A DNA stretch of 64,000 nt. Origin: an uncultured Alphaproteobacteria bacterium. GTDB taxonomy: Bacteria; Pseudomonadota; Alphaproteobacteria; RF32; CAG-239. The position numbers and the translations under genes are program-made. The notes under the pieces were generated by a model. The model made no database searches, was not told the origin of the DNA, and was given only the letters and a program-made list of their open reading frames with translations. This document shows positions 8,355-19,321 of the stretch, piece by piece (position 1 is the stretch's first letter; each line of letters starts with the position of its first letter). The stretch is taken from the NCBI GenBank assembly GCA_934277435.1, contig CAKQUE010000006.1:3395-67394 (forward strand), written 5' to 3'.

Positions 8355-10514
8355 TTATTTTGTGCGACCGCGGCGGTTGCCCAGCGGAGAAGAAGCGCCA
8401 TAGTTTCCCAATCCTTTATAGTTAGGACGTCCCATACCACGTTCTTTTTTAGGGGCTTTTTCGTCGGATTTTTCCAAAATAGTTGAATTTGCCTCCATGT
8501 TGACGCCATCGGACTTTCTGCTTTCCAAATCGGCTTTCCGATCTTTGGCGTGTTGCAAATATTGCAAAGTCACTTGATCTTGATATTCCGACATTTTTGC
8601 AGCTTGTTTTTGCTTTGCTTTTATAATTTCTCGGCTGGTTGCGTCCATAGGAACAATTACGCCGTTTTCAAAAATATGCGAGTTTATAAATTCAGGGGTA
8701 TAGATAATTTCGCTATTAAAGCCTGTTATGGCTTTGATGCCCTGATTTACTTGCACTATATAATAAAATTGTTCACCTGTTTTGCTATCTGTAAATATTG
8801 TGCGGTTGGACACTTTGCCGTTGACATCGATATAACCGTTTTTGGTCACATTGTTTTCTGTGCTGTGCAGAGCATCGTGTACATCTTTATCCATCAAAAC
8901 AATGTTTTCATATCTGTTCATTTGCGTCCATTCTTGATTGGTTGATTTTGTAAAACAATCAGGGTCACTAATCGGAAAATTATGGTGAGCATTGAATAAT
9001 TCGATATTTTTTCCATTAACTATTTTTGATGGGACTTTACCTTTTTTTATTTTTTCAACGGCATCATCTATAAACTCCGGAGAATATTCTTGCTTTTCCA
9101 ACAATTTTCTAAAGTCATACTCATGAGTTTTGATAAAGTTTTTGTAAAACTCTTTCTTCTCACTGATGTATAAACCGTTTTTGTCTTTAAACATATAGCC
9201 GTTAATATCTTTTAGACCGCTTTCTTGTCTGGCTTTTACTTCCGCGGCGCTTGGAGTATGGTAGGCGTTAATCAGCCAAGCCACATCTTGATAGCTCAAA
9301 TCTTGGAGTTTATCGTTAGGAAAACGAATTTGTGATAAAGATTTCCTAAAGTCGCTTTCAGCTTCTTTGAAAACAGGAATTTGCTGACAAACTTCCCAAA
9401 TTTTGCTTTGTGATAAGTTATAACTTTCGGCTTCAACTACCGGAAGTTTATTAAACTCTGCTTTTCCTCGCAAAGAAATAAATCTTTTGAGTGTATTAGT
9501 GCAATTTTGTTCACTTTTTGGTTGTTCAATGTATCCATCCCAAGCTGCACGCAAGGCGCTTGTTTTTGTTTGGGTAATCAGTTCTTCTTCAGGTGTTTGT
9601 TTTTCAGCTTTGCGAACAACCAGTTGCATGCCATAAGGAGAAAGCCTGTTTGCAATATCCTGTTCAGCTTTTTGCCGATCAATTTTTTCATTGGATTTGC
9701 TATCGTCTTTGATTAAATATTTGCCGATAGAACGTCTAAAGTTATCCATAATTTCTTCGTTGTCTTGACGTACGATTTTTCCATCTAATTTTTTTACCAG
9801 ACTTTCTGTATATTTGCTTAAGTTTGGCAATACAATAGACTTTTGCTTATTATCAAGTTTTAATAGCTCTTTGGGATATACGCCATGCTCCAGCATTGTT
9901 TCAAAAGATTTTTCATTTTCATTATAAAATTTATTACAAGAATCAATCAAATATTGTGTATATTGAGCAATCTCAGTAAGTTGCTTTAATAGTTCATCAT
10001 TTTGATTTACATCAAACTGTAGTGGGTCGCCAGGGGTTTTTGTTTCAATTTTGTATTTTGAAAAAGTAGCGTGAGATTTAGGATATTCAACATTTAGAAC
10101 TTGCTGATATATATTTTTGATAAGCGTTTTCAATTGCAAAGAGGCTTTTCTTTGCATATTTTTTAGTTCTTGGTCTTTTGCAGAATCTATTTCACTATCT
10201 TTCAGATTATCGCAAAAATATTGCAGATTGCTATAAAGCTGCGATAAGGCATGAGAATAAGAAATGATGCGATTCTTTTTATGAGAATCATAGTAGTACG
10301 ATTTGCCATTATTTTGCTGATTATTTCTATGTTTTTGACTTTTTTTAGAGGAGTTATCTTCTCTATTAATATTGTTTTCTGCTTCTTGTTCTTGTTTGTT
10401 TTGAACTTCATAGGCGCGGTCGGCTTCTTCTTTGAGCAAAACCAAGTTTGGCTCAACTCTACCTTCTTTATTAGGCAAATAGCCAACAGTTACAGATCTT
10501 TTGCTTAATGGCAT
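8355..10514 (-). CDS. large hypothetical protein with AHH/HNH-like nuclease motif and basic C-terminal tail
   Basis: 719-aa ORF with no signal peptide. It contains 'ELFNAHHNFPIS...YENIVLMDKDVHDALH' (AHH codons at 8982-8990). The C-terminus reads '...GNRRGRTK'. Confidence 0.7.
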   Translation of the reverse strand: MPLSKRSVTVGYLPNKEGRVEPNLVLLKEEADRAYEVQNKQEQEAENNINREDNSSKKSQKHRNNQQNNGKSYYYDSHKKNRIISYSHALSQLYSNLQYFCDNLKDSEIDSAKDQELKNMQRKASLQLKTLIKNIYQQVLNVEYPKSHATFSKYKIETKTPGDPLQFDVNQNDELLKQLTEIAQYTQYLIDSCNKFYNENEKSFETMLEHGVYPKELLKLDNKQKSIVLPNLSKYTESLVKKLDGKIVRQDNEEIMDNFRRSIGKYLIKDDSKSNEKIDRQKAEQDIANRLSPYGMQLVVRKAEKQTPEEELITQTKTSALRAAWDGYIEQPKSEQNCTNTLKRFISLRGKAEFNKLPVVEAESYNLSQSKIWEVCQQIPVFKEAESDFRKSLSQIRFPNDKLQDLSYQDVAWLINAYHTPSAAEVKARQESGLKDINGYMFKDKNGLYISEKKEFYKNFIKTHEYDFRKLLEKQEYSPEFIDDAVEKIKKGKVPSKIVNGKNIELFNAHHNFPISDPDCFTKSTNQEWTQMNRYENIVLMDKDVHDALHSTENNVTKNGYIDVNGKVSNRTIFTDSKTGEQFYYIVQVNQGIKAITGFNSEIIYTPEFINSHIFENGVIVPMDATSREIIKAKQKQAAKMSEYQDQVTLQYLQHAKDRKADLESRKSDGVNMEANSTILEKSDEKAPKKERGMGRPNYKGLGNYGASSPLGNRRGRTK

Positions 10515-10605
10515 TGTACACCTCTCTATATCTATATTTTTCCTTTAATTTTAGCAAATAAAATTAAATTTGTCTATAATATTTTTTGTCAACTTATTAA
10601 AATAT

Positions 10606-10639
10606 AACAAAAAAGGCCTTAAAATATGCTTAAGACCTT
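10606..10639 (-). terminator. intrinsic terminator after the nrdD-like minigene
   Basis: The minus strand reads AAGGTCTTAA-gcatatt-TTAAGGCCTT followed by TTTTTTGTT. Confidence 0.6.
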
Positions 10640-10661
10640 AATTTCATTTGTCAAATAGATT

Positions 10662-10871
10662 TTATTCTGCGGCGCAGGCACAAGCTTCTTCTGCTACTAT
10701 GTGTGAAACTGCTTTTTCTTCACAAAAACATTTGCGAGAATAGTACTCAGATTTTTTACCGCGGTTAAATTCCGAAACCGGACGATGATATCCCATAACC
10801 CGAGTCCAAATTTCGCAAGGTTGTCTTTCTGCGTCGTTTAATGTAATATCTTCAATTTTAATAACTTCCAT
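10662..10871 (-). CDS. stand-alone NrdD C-terminal glycyl-radical domain protein (69 aa)
   Basis: 'EIWTRVMGYHRPVSEFNRGKKSEYYSRK' matches the class III RNR C-terminus (RVxGY glycyl-radical site followed by RPV..(W/F)N.GK..E). AAGGAG lies 7 nt upstream, NrdR boxes lie upstream, and it has its own terminator. Confidence 0.7.
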   Translation of the reverse strand: MEVIKIEDITLNDAERQPCEIWTRVMGYHRPVSEFNRGKKSEYYSRKCFCEEKAVSHIVAEEACACAAE

Positions 10872-10907
10872 TTTTGCTCTCCTTTATATCATCTTGTTTA
10901 CTATTTT

Positions 10908-10954
10908 GTACTACATATAGTATTAATAAAAAGTAAATAGACTAGATATAGTAT
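10908..10954 (-). promoter_or_regulatory. tandem NrdR boxes
   Basis: GTACTACATATAGTAT (10908-10923) and AGACTAGATATAGTAT (10939-10954). Each core matches CwAtATaTwG at 9 of 10 positions. They are 31 bp apart centre to centre and 40-80 bp upstream of the minigene. Confidence 0.6.
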
Positions 10955-11180
10955 TTTACTGTTATGCACACCTTTTAATTTTTTCTACAAAATTCATAGA
11001 GTTAGACGAATGCATATTTTTTTATTATACGATAATTTGCTTATTGTTTAATTTTATCTGTAGAGCAGAGTAATTTGTTTGTTTGAGCTAATACTATGAT
11101 TTTACGCTTTTTTTTGTTATTTAGCGCGACATTGAAAATTCAAAATACGAGTCTTTGTTTCAATATTTGAGATTCGGTAC

Positions 11181-11218
11181 AAAAAAAACACCTTTTAAAG
11201 GCATTCTCTAAAAGGTGT
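11181..11218 (-). terminator. intrinsic terminator after atpC
   Basis: ACACCTTTTA/TAAAAGGTGT stem with an 8-nt A-run on the plus strand, which is a T-run on the minus strand. Confidence 0.65.
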
Positions 11219-11246
11219 TTTTATAATTAAGCAAGGCTAAACTTGC

Positions 11247-11611
11247 TTAGTTTTCTTTGGTTTGAAAATAGTCTATAATCATCTGATAATATTCAGCATT
11301 TTGCGGTTCATTTTCTTTTAAAACTGCGGCTTTTTCTTCTGTAATTGCGGATTCGGCAATCAAATGCAGTGTCGAAATTTTACAAACGTTGTTTGCCACA
11401 TCAACCACTCCGCCATCAATAAAATAAGTTGCTGTCGGTTGATTGTCGGTATCCAAAATTTGCAAAGTACCTTTATTCAAAAGCAAAGAAGTTGGCGCCC
11501 GTTCGTCAATCAAGGTCAAGTTTGTTTTTCCATAGGGTAAAACCACACGATAAACTTTTTTGTTGAGCGCTGTTCTTTCTGGCGTGAATATTTTTAAGCT
11601 AATATCAGACA

Positions 11612-11612
<1 letters not shown>
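11247..11612 (-). CDS. atpC: F1 ATP synthase epsilon subunit
   Basis: Position after atpD, 121 aa, and an N-terminal beta-sandwich-like sequence 'LKIFTPERT....V..V.LP...G'. Confidence 0.85.
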
Positions 11613-13063
<1,451 letters not shown>

Positions 13064-13078
13064 TCATATCTCCTTGTT

Positions 13079-13993
13079 CTAAACGGCATCGGCGCCAGCG
13101 ATAATTTCAATCAATTCTGTAGTAATTGCCGATTGGCGCAAGCTGTTATATCTTAAAGTCAAGTCGCTAATCATCTGTTTGGCGTTGCGAGTGGCGTTAT
13201 CCATAGACGTCATGCGCGCACCGTGTTCCGAAGCGGCTGAGTTGACTAATGCCTGAAAAATGGTGTCCTCAAAAATAATCGGCACAATTTGTTCCAAAAT
13301 TGTCGATTTATTAGGCATATAATCATAAAACGCGTCACCGGAACGATTTATATTCTCGATAGCTTCATTATTATGCTTTAGCTGCAGCGGGCAAACTTGT
13401 TCTGCTTCAAAGGTGCGGCTGATAGCCGATTCAAAATGCGCGTGTATCAATTCGCACACATCAAAATCATGATTTTGAAAACGCTGTAAAATATGCTTGG
13501 CCAAACGAGTGGCTGCTTCGGGATAAGAAGCGTCTTTGCTTAAATTGTTTGACAAAGTCATATCCAAATCGCCGAATGTGCGTTTCAAAACATCATGCGC
13601 CTTTTTACCAATGCAAAAGACTTTTATGTTTTTTTTCTGACGGCGCAGTTCTCTGATGCGTTCAATGGCTTTTTTTGCCACATTGCTGTTATAAGCTCCG
13701 CACAATCCGCGGTCAGAAGAAAAAACATAAAGTTCATAATTCTTTTCATTAGAATTTTTTTGCAACAGAGCCGGACGGGCATAGCAAACGCCTTTTTCTT
13801 GCTCGTCTTGCTCTATTTCTGTTAAAACTCGTAAAGCAGAACGCCGTAAATTTTCGGCGTAATCCTGATTTTTATCAACCAGAATCTGAACCCGGCGCAG
13901 GCGCGAAGCAGCCACCATTTTCATAGCAGATGTAATTTTCTGTGTAGATTTGATGGCTTCAATGCGTGTCCGTAATTCTTTTAAGCCTGCCAT
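13079..13993 (-). CDS. atpG: F1 ATP synthase gamma subunit
   Basis: 'MAGLKELRTRIEAIKSTQKITSAMKMVAASRLRR' and a C-terminal 'ITTELIEIIAGA'. Confidence 0.95.
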   Translation of the reverse strand: MAGLKELRTRIEAIKSTQKITSAMKMVAASRLRRVQILVDKNQDYAENLRRSALRVLTEIEQDEQEKGVCYARPALLQKNSNEKNYELYVFSSDRGLCGAYNSNVAKKAIERIRELRRQKKNIKVFCIGKKAHDVLKRTFGDLDMTLSNNLSKDASYPEAATRLAKHILQRFQNHDFDVCELIHAHFESAISRTFEAEQVCPLQLKHNNEAIENINRSGDAFYDYMPNKSTILEQIVPIIFEDTIFQALVNSAASEHGARMTSMDNATRNAKQMISDLTLRYNSLRQSAITTELIEIIAGADAV

Positions 13994-15547
13994 TTACGCC
14001 GCCTTTTCTTGTTTAGCTAAAAAATCTGAAGCAAATTGTTCATAAAATTCGCCCAATTTTGTTTCTAATTCCGGAGAAATGATTTTTTTCTCGCGAATTT
14101 CCTCAAGATATTCCGGATGGCTAGTGCGCAGTTCTTTTAAGCTTTCCTGCTCAAAAGTTTTGATATCCGCTACTTCAATTTTGCTCAAATACCCTCTAAC
14201 GCCAGAAAAAATAGAAGCAACTTCTTCTTCGGTGGCCATAGGCTCATGTACAGGCTGTTTCAACAATTCAGTCAATTTAGAACCTTTGTCCAGCAAACGG
14301 CGGGTAGATTTATCCAAATCGGCCGAAAATTGTGCAAACGCAGCCATTTCACGATATTGAGCCAAATCCAGTTTCATGGTTCCGGCAACTTGTTTCATTG
14401 CTTTGATTTGTGCGGCAGAACCCACACGAGAAACAGAAATACCAACGTTTACAGCTGGTCGTACGCCTTGGTAGAACAAACTTGTTTCCAAAAAGATTTG
14501 ACCATCGGTAATAGAAATTACGTTTGTCGGAATATAAGCAGACACGTCACCGGCTTGAGTTTCAATAACCGGCATAGCCGTTAACGAACCAGAACCGTAT
14601 TTTTCGCTCATTTTTGCTGCGCGTTCCAGCAAACGAGAGTGCAAATAGAACACGTCGCCAGGATAAGCCTCACGTCCAGGTGGACGTCTAATCAGCAACG
14701 ACATTTGACGATAAGCAGTTGCTTGTTTAGACAGGTCGTCATAAAAGATAACCGCATGCATGCCGTTGTCACGGAAATATTCACCCATCGCTGTTCCGGC
14801 GTAAGGGGCAATAAATTGCAACGGAGCTGCTTCTGAAGCAGTGGCTGCAACCACAATGGTATAATCCATAGCGCCATAGTCGCGCAAAGTTTTTACCACC
14901 TGTGCTACCGAAGAGCGTTTTTGACCAACGGCAACATAAATGCAAAACAGTTTTTCACTGTCATTTTTTGCCATATCGTTAGTGCGTTTTTGATTAATGA
15001 TTGTATCAACAATAATAGAAGTCTTACCGGTTTGACGGTCGCCGATAATCAACTCGCGTTGACCACGTCCAATAGGAATAAGCGAATCAATAGCTTTCAA
15101 TCCGGTTTGTACAGGTTCATGCACGCTTTTTCTCGGAATAATACCAGGAGCTTTAACTTCGGCGTTGCTATATTGTTCGGCTTTTATACTTCCCATGCCG
15201 TCAATCGGGTTGCCCAAAGCGTCAACCACACGGCCTAACAAAGCTTTTCCAACCGGAACACTAACAATTTTATCCGTTCTTTTTACGGTGTCGCCTTCCT
15301 TAATTCCTTCATCGGAGCCAAACAGCACCACGCTGACGCCGTCTTCTTCCAAGTTTAAGGCCATTCCTTTTACGCCGTTAGAGAATTCAACCATTTCATT
15401 TAGCTGAACCTTATCCAACCCGTAAACGTGAGCGATACCATCGCCCACAGAAAGAACCCGCCCAACTTCAGACATATCGGTAGATAAGTCGAAATCAGCG
15501 ATTTTTTCTTTTAATATTGAAGATATTTCGCTTGCCTGTACAGACAT
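13994..15547 (-). CDS. atpA: F1 ATP synthase alpha subunit
   Basis: '[18 protein letters not shown]', '[23 protein letters not shown]'. Confidence 0.97.
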   Translation of the reverse strand: MSVQASEISSILKEKIADFDLSTDMSEVGRVLSVGDGIAHVYGLDKVQLNEMVEFSNGVKGMALNLEEDGVSVVLFGSDEGIKEGDTVKRTDKIVSVPVGKALLGRVVDALGNPIDGMGSIKAEQYSNAEVKAPGIIPRKSVHEPVQTGLKAIDSLIPIGRGQRELIIGDRQTGKTSIIVDTIINQKRTNDMAKNDSEKLFCIYVAVGQKRSSVAQVVKTLRDYGAMDYTIVVAATASEAAPLQFIAPYAGTAMGEYFRDNGMHAVIFYDDLSKQATAYRQMSLLIRRPPGREAYPGDVFYLHSRLLERAAKMSEKYGSGSLTAMPVIETQAGDVSAYIPTNVISITDGQIFLETSLFYQGVRPAVNVGISVSRVGSAAQIKAMKQVAGTMKLDLAQYREMAAFAQFSADLDKSTRRLLDKGSKLTELLKQPVHEPMATEEEVASIFSGVRGYLSKIEVADIKTFEQESLKELRTSHPEYLEEIREKKIISPELETKLGEFYEQFASDFLAKQEKAA

Positions 15548-16102
15548 CTATTTTGTCCCTTTCATCAGTTGTTCTAAACTGTCTAATTGATGCTTGACCG
15601 AACTGTCAATCAGCACCGTGCCGCATTGAATAACCAAACCGCCCAAAATCTGTGGGTTTGTAATATAATTCACGACAATGTCTTTTTTGAAAAGATTTTT
15701 CAGTTTTTGCTTTAATTTTTTATCTTGTTCCTCTGTCAAGTCGACAACGGTTTCCACATTAATTTCTGCAATATTCTGCTTGTTGTTATAAACTTCTTTG
15801 AATTGCAGTAATATTTGCTCCAATTCATCAAATCGGCGATTTTCAACCAAAATTTTCAACAAATTGACCAGCGGCTGGCTGAAACCCATTTTTTCCGCTA
15901 CGGTATCAATTAGTTTTTCTTTAACATCAAGAGGCCAAATCGGATTATTGAGCAAGTCAAAATCCTTTATGCCTTCTGCCAAAATATTGCGCAAAGCCTT
16001 AACGTCATTATAAGTTTCGTTTAGCTTATGGCACTGCTCAGCCCCTTCATACAATGAAGTTGCATACAAAATGGCATTTTTTAGCTTAGAACCTTTGTTC
16101 AC
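15548..16102 (-). CDS. atpH: F1 ATP synthase delta (OSCP) subunit
   Basis: First gene of the atpHAGDC operon, 184 aa, with a C-terminal 'GG..I..G....D.S......L' OSCP pattern. Confidence 0.85.
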   Translation of the reverse strand: MNKGSKLKNAILYATSLYEGAEQCHKLNETYNDVKALRNILAEGIKDFDLLNNPIWPLDVKEKLIDTVAEKMGFSQPLVNLLKILVENRRFDELEQILLQFKEVYNNKQNIAEINVETVVDLTEEQDKKLKQKLKNLFKKDIVVNYITNPQILGGLVIQCGTVLIDSSVKHQLDSLEQLMKGTK

Positions 16103-16213
16103 TTTTCAAACTCTTTTCAAAACTTTTTAACTCTTTACATACATATAAAATTGTTGCTAGGATATCAAGCACATGAAAGAATAATCAACAGCTTTTTTCC
16201 TTTAAACGCAAAA

Positions 16214-16996
16214 TTATTTTAATTTATTCCATCCTTTGCGAACAGGTTGAGGTGTAGCTTCGGTGTCTTCTTTTGCCTGTACAGGTTTGTTAGACCATTT
16301 TTTAGGTGAAGAACTGGTGTCGATTTTTCGCACAATTTCTTTTTGGTCTTGGGTTAAGACTTGTCCGTTTGGAACCATCTGTCCCAGCAGTGCTGGCGAC
16401 AAAAATTTTTCTCCCAATGAAGAATATGTTGTAACTATTTGTTCTACAATATTTTTTCCTGGAGCAGCGTTTAATGTTGAAATATCTCGGCCATGAAAAA
16501 ATGTTAGCGAGTGGCATGGCGCAGAAATTAAAATGTCGGTGCTGTCGATTCCGTTAATATAGCGCAGCAAAATCCGCGGTGCAATGTTGCAATTGTCAGA
16601 AGAAGATGAAAATACCAGATTGTTGTTCAAAAGCATATCTTTGATTAAATTACGGCCTTCATCAGATAATTCTCCGCACGAACCTGTAATGGCCAAATCA
16701 TCGATGGTGTAGCCGGTATAGTCGGTAGCAGCATAATCAACGGTGTAGCAAAACACTTTCTCGGCGTTGTCAATGTTTTTTGCTGATGAAGCCGGAATAC
16801 GGCTTGAAATGAATGCTGAAAGCACTTTCCCTGTTGGTTCGTTTTTGTTTTTTGTGTCTTCAAGGTTGCTTGAAGTGTCTGCTGCAAAAAGGTCGCCGCT
16901 TTCATTGGTGTCGCCAAAAATATCATCGGCGGCGTTAGCAATATGAGATAAACTGCCGAACAATATCGAAAAAGCTAAAAAAAACAATGTCTTCAT
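16214..16996 (-). CDS. secreted hypothetical protein (260 aa)
   Basis: Signal peptide 'MKTLFFLAFSILFGSLSHIANA|AD'. No recognised domain. Confidence 0.65.
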   Translation of the reverse strand: MKTLFFLAFSILFGSLSHIANAADDIFGDTNESGDLFAADTSSNLEDTKNKNEPTGKVLSAFISSRIPASSAKNIDNAEKVFCYTVDYAATDYTGYTIDDLAITGSCGELSDEGRNLIKDMLLNNNLVFSSSSDNCNIAPRILLRYINGIDSTDILISAPCHSLTFFHGRDISTLNAAPGKNIVEQIVTTYSSLGEKFLSPALLGQMVPNGQVLTQDQKEIVRKIDTSSSPKKWSNKPVQAKEDTEATPQPVRKGWNKLK

Positions 16997-17132
16997 CTTA
17001 TTCTCCTAATTTTTAAGCTAAGGTTATCAACATAATAGTAAAATTCTCGTAAATTTAAATGGAAATTATTTTCTTTTTAAGACTTATTTTAGATATTAAC
17101 GCTAAACTCAAACAAATTTTAGGAGATGGAAA

Positions 17133-18179
17133 ATGTTTGCTTTTATTTATTCTGATTGGTCTGTGGCTTTTAGAGCAGAGCTGGCGTTCGCGCTGTCTTT
17201 GCTGCTAAGTTTGTTGTGCGGCGCTCCGTTGATTGCCTTGCTGCATAAACACCAAAAAACCGGACAGCCAATACGTTCTGACGGGCCGCAATCGCACCTG
17301 AAAACAAAAAAAGGCACGCCGACTATGGGGGGATTGTTGATTCTTGGCAGCTCGATTCTTTCAATATTGCTGTTTGCAAATATATCCTATCACTTTGTTT
17401 GGGTTAGCTTGTTGATTCTTATAATATATGGTGCTACCGGATTCGTTGATGATTATTGGAAGGTTAAACGCCAAAATTCCAACGCTATGACCGCCAGAAT
17501 GAAACTGTTTTTTCAATTTTTAACGGCGCTTGTGGCGGCAAGCATTATCACGGCGGCAACTCCTAAGGGTTTGAACACTACTTTGTTCTTTCCTTATTTT
17601 AAGGAGTTGTGTCTAAATCTTTCTTGGCTCTATATTCCTTTTGCGGTAGTGGTTATTTCCGGAACTTCAAACGCGGTTAACCTTAGCGATGGATTAGATG
17701 GATTGGCATCTGGTTTGCTGATTGTCGCGTTTATTGTGTTTATGGCTGTGGCCTATTATTGCGGATTGCCGAATGCTGATGATTTTAACATGCTCTATAT
17801 TCCTCGCTGCGGCGAAATGGCTGTTGTGTGCGCGTCGCTTATAGGCTCTTGCTTGGGATTTTTATATTTTAACAAGCCTAAGGCCAAAGTGTTTATGGGT
17901 GACACCGGCTCTTTGGCTTTGGGAGCAATTTTGGGCGCTATCGCAGTAATGACTAAACATGAAATTCTTTTGGCTATTGTTGGCGGTGTGTTTGTGATGG
18001 AAACCGTATCGGTGATGATACAGGTAGTTTACTTTAAAAAGACTGGTAAAAGATTTTTCCGTATGGCGCCGCTGCATCATCATTTTGAACAATTGGGCTG
18101 GTCCGAGAAAAAAGTTGTTTTAAGTTTTTGGCTGACAGCTGTTATTTTGGCGCTTGTTGGCTCTTTGGCTTTTTTGTAA
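17133..18179 (+). CDS. mraY: phospho-N-acetylmuramoyl-pentapeptide transferase
   Basis: 'TPTMGGLLIL', 'SNAVNLSDGLDGLA', 'MGDTGSLALGA', 'APLHHHFE'. Confidence 0.95.
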   Translation: MFAFIYSDWSVAFRAELAFALSLLLSLLCGAPLIALLHKHQKTGQPIRSDGPQSHLKTKKGTPTMGGLLILGSSILSILLFANISYHFVWVSLLILIIYGATGFVDDYWKVKRQNSNAMTARMKLFFQFLTALVAASIITAATPKGLNTTLFFPYFKELCLNLSWLYIPFAVVVISGTSNAVNLSDGLDGLASGLLIVAFIVFMAVAYYCGLPNADDFNMLYIPRCGEMAVVCASLIGSCLGFLYFNKPKAKVFMGDTGSLALGAILGAIAVMTKHEILLAIVGGVFVMETVSVMIQVVYFKKTGKRFFRMAPLHHHFEQLGWSEKKVVLSFWLTAVILALVGSLAFL

Positions 18180-18184
18180 GGTGA

Positions 18185-19321
18185 ATGGAAATGGTGAATT
18201 TTTCGCGTCAAAGTCATAATGCTGTTGTTAAATGGTTATGGACGGTTGATAAAGTAATATTGTTTGTTTCATTGGCTTTGCTGATAATCGGCATAATTCT
18301 AGATGTGACGGCAAGTCCGGCTGTGGCGCGTAAAATTCATCTTGATGATTTTGCTTTGGTGCGCAAACAAGCGCAATTTGCAGTTTTGGCAGTAGGAATT
18401 ATTTTGGGTATGTCTTTGTTTAGTCTGAAAACTATCCGCCGTATTTCTATTGTTGGTTTTTTGGTGCTATTATTTTTACTGACTTTAACTTTACTGTTTG
18501 GCGTAGAAATTAAAGGCGCGCGGCGCTGGCTCTATTTTGTTGGTTTTTCTTTGCAGCCTTCCGAATTAATGAAGCCTATTTTTATTGTGTTGACGGCTTG
18601 GCTGTTGGAAAGAGGAAAAAAACTAGATTATTTTCAAGGACAAGTGTTTGCTATTGCGGCTTATTTATCTGTTGTCGGTTTATTGCTGTTACAGCCTGAT
18701 ATTGGAATGACTTTGCTGATTACTGCTGTTTTTGGATTGCAGCTGTTTTTGGCCGGCTTGCCGTGGTTTGTTGTTGGGGTGGGGATTATCGGCGGAGTTA
18801 TGTCTTTATTTTTGCTTTATTTTACTTATCCACACTTTAGAGCTCGCGTTGATCAATTTTTGTATGGCAGTGACGAAACAAGCTTTCAAATAAACCAAGC
18901 CATGGCGGCGTTCCAAAACGGCAATCTGGTTGGTAGAGGTCCTGGGGAAGGTACGGTTAAATTAACAATTCCAGATGCGCATACCGACTTTGTTTTTGCC
19001 GTTGCCGGAGAAGAATATGGGGTTTGGCTTTGTCTGGTTATCATCTTGCTATTTGCGATTATTGTTATTCGAACCCTGAAACTTTCTATGAGAGAAAGCA
19101 ATTTATTTGTGATGTATGCCGAAGTTGGACTCGCGGCCTCATTAGGTGTGCAGGCTTTTGTTAATATGGCGTCTTCGCTGCATATTATTCCGACTAAAGG
19201 TATGACGCTGCCGTTTATTTCATACGGAGGTTCTTCATTACTGGGAACAGCGCTGGAAGTTGGAATGCTGCTGGCTATAACGCGTAAAAACACGGCGTCG
19301 GAAGATAAGGATATGTACTGA
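18185..19321 (+). CDS. ftsW: SEDS peptidoglycan polymerase FtsW
   Basis: 'QPSELMKP', 'PDAHTDFVFAVAGEE.G', 'GMTLPFISYGGSS'. It lies in the dcw context. Confidence 0.9.
   Translation: MEMVNFSRQSHNAVVKWLWTVDKVILFVSLALLIIGIILDVTASPAVARKIHLDDFALVRKQAQFAVLAVGIILGMSLFSLKTIRRISIVGFLVLLFLLTLTLLFGVEIKGARRWLYFVGFSLQPSELMKPIFIVLTAWLLERGKKLDYFQGQVFAIAAYLSVVGLLLLQPDIGMTLLITAVFGLQLFLAGLPWFVVGVGIIGGVMSLFLLYFTYPHFRARVDQFLYGSDETSFQINQAMAAFQNGNLVGRGPGEGTVKLTIPDAHTDFVFAVAGEEYGVWLCLVIILLFAIIVIRTLKLSMRESNLFVMYAEVGLAASLGVQAFVNMASSLHIIPTKGMTLPFISYGGSSLLGTALEVGMLLAITRKNTASEDKDMY

Noticed and set aside
8303-8509. 68-aa ORF overlapping the 3' end of the 719-aa gene and the clpB promoter region.
   Set aside because: It overlaps a much longer ORF in another frame. 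It has no RBS and no recognisable motif.
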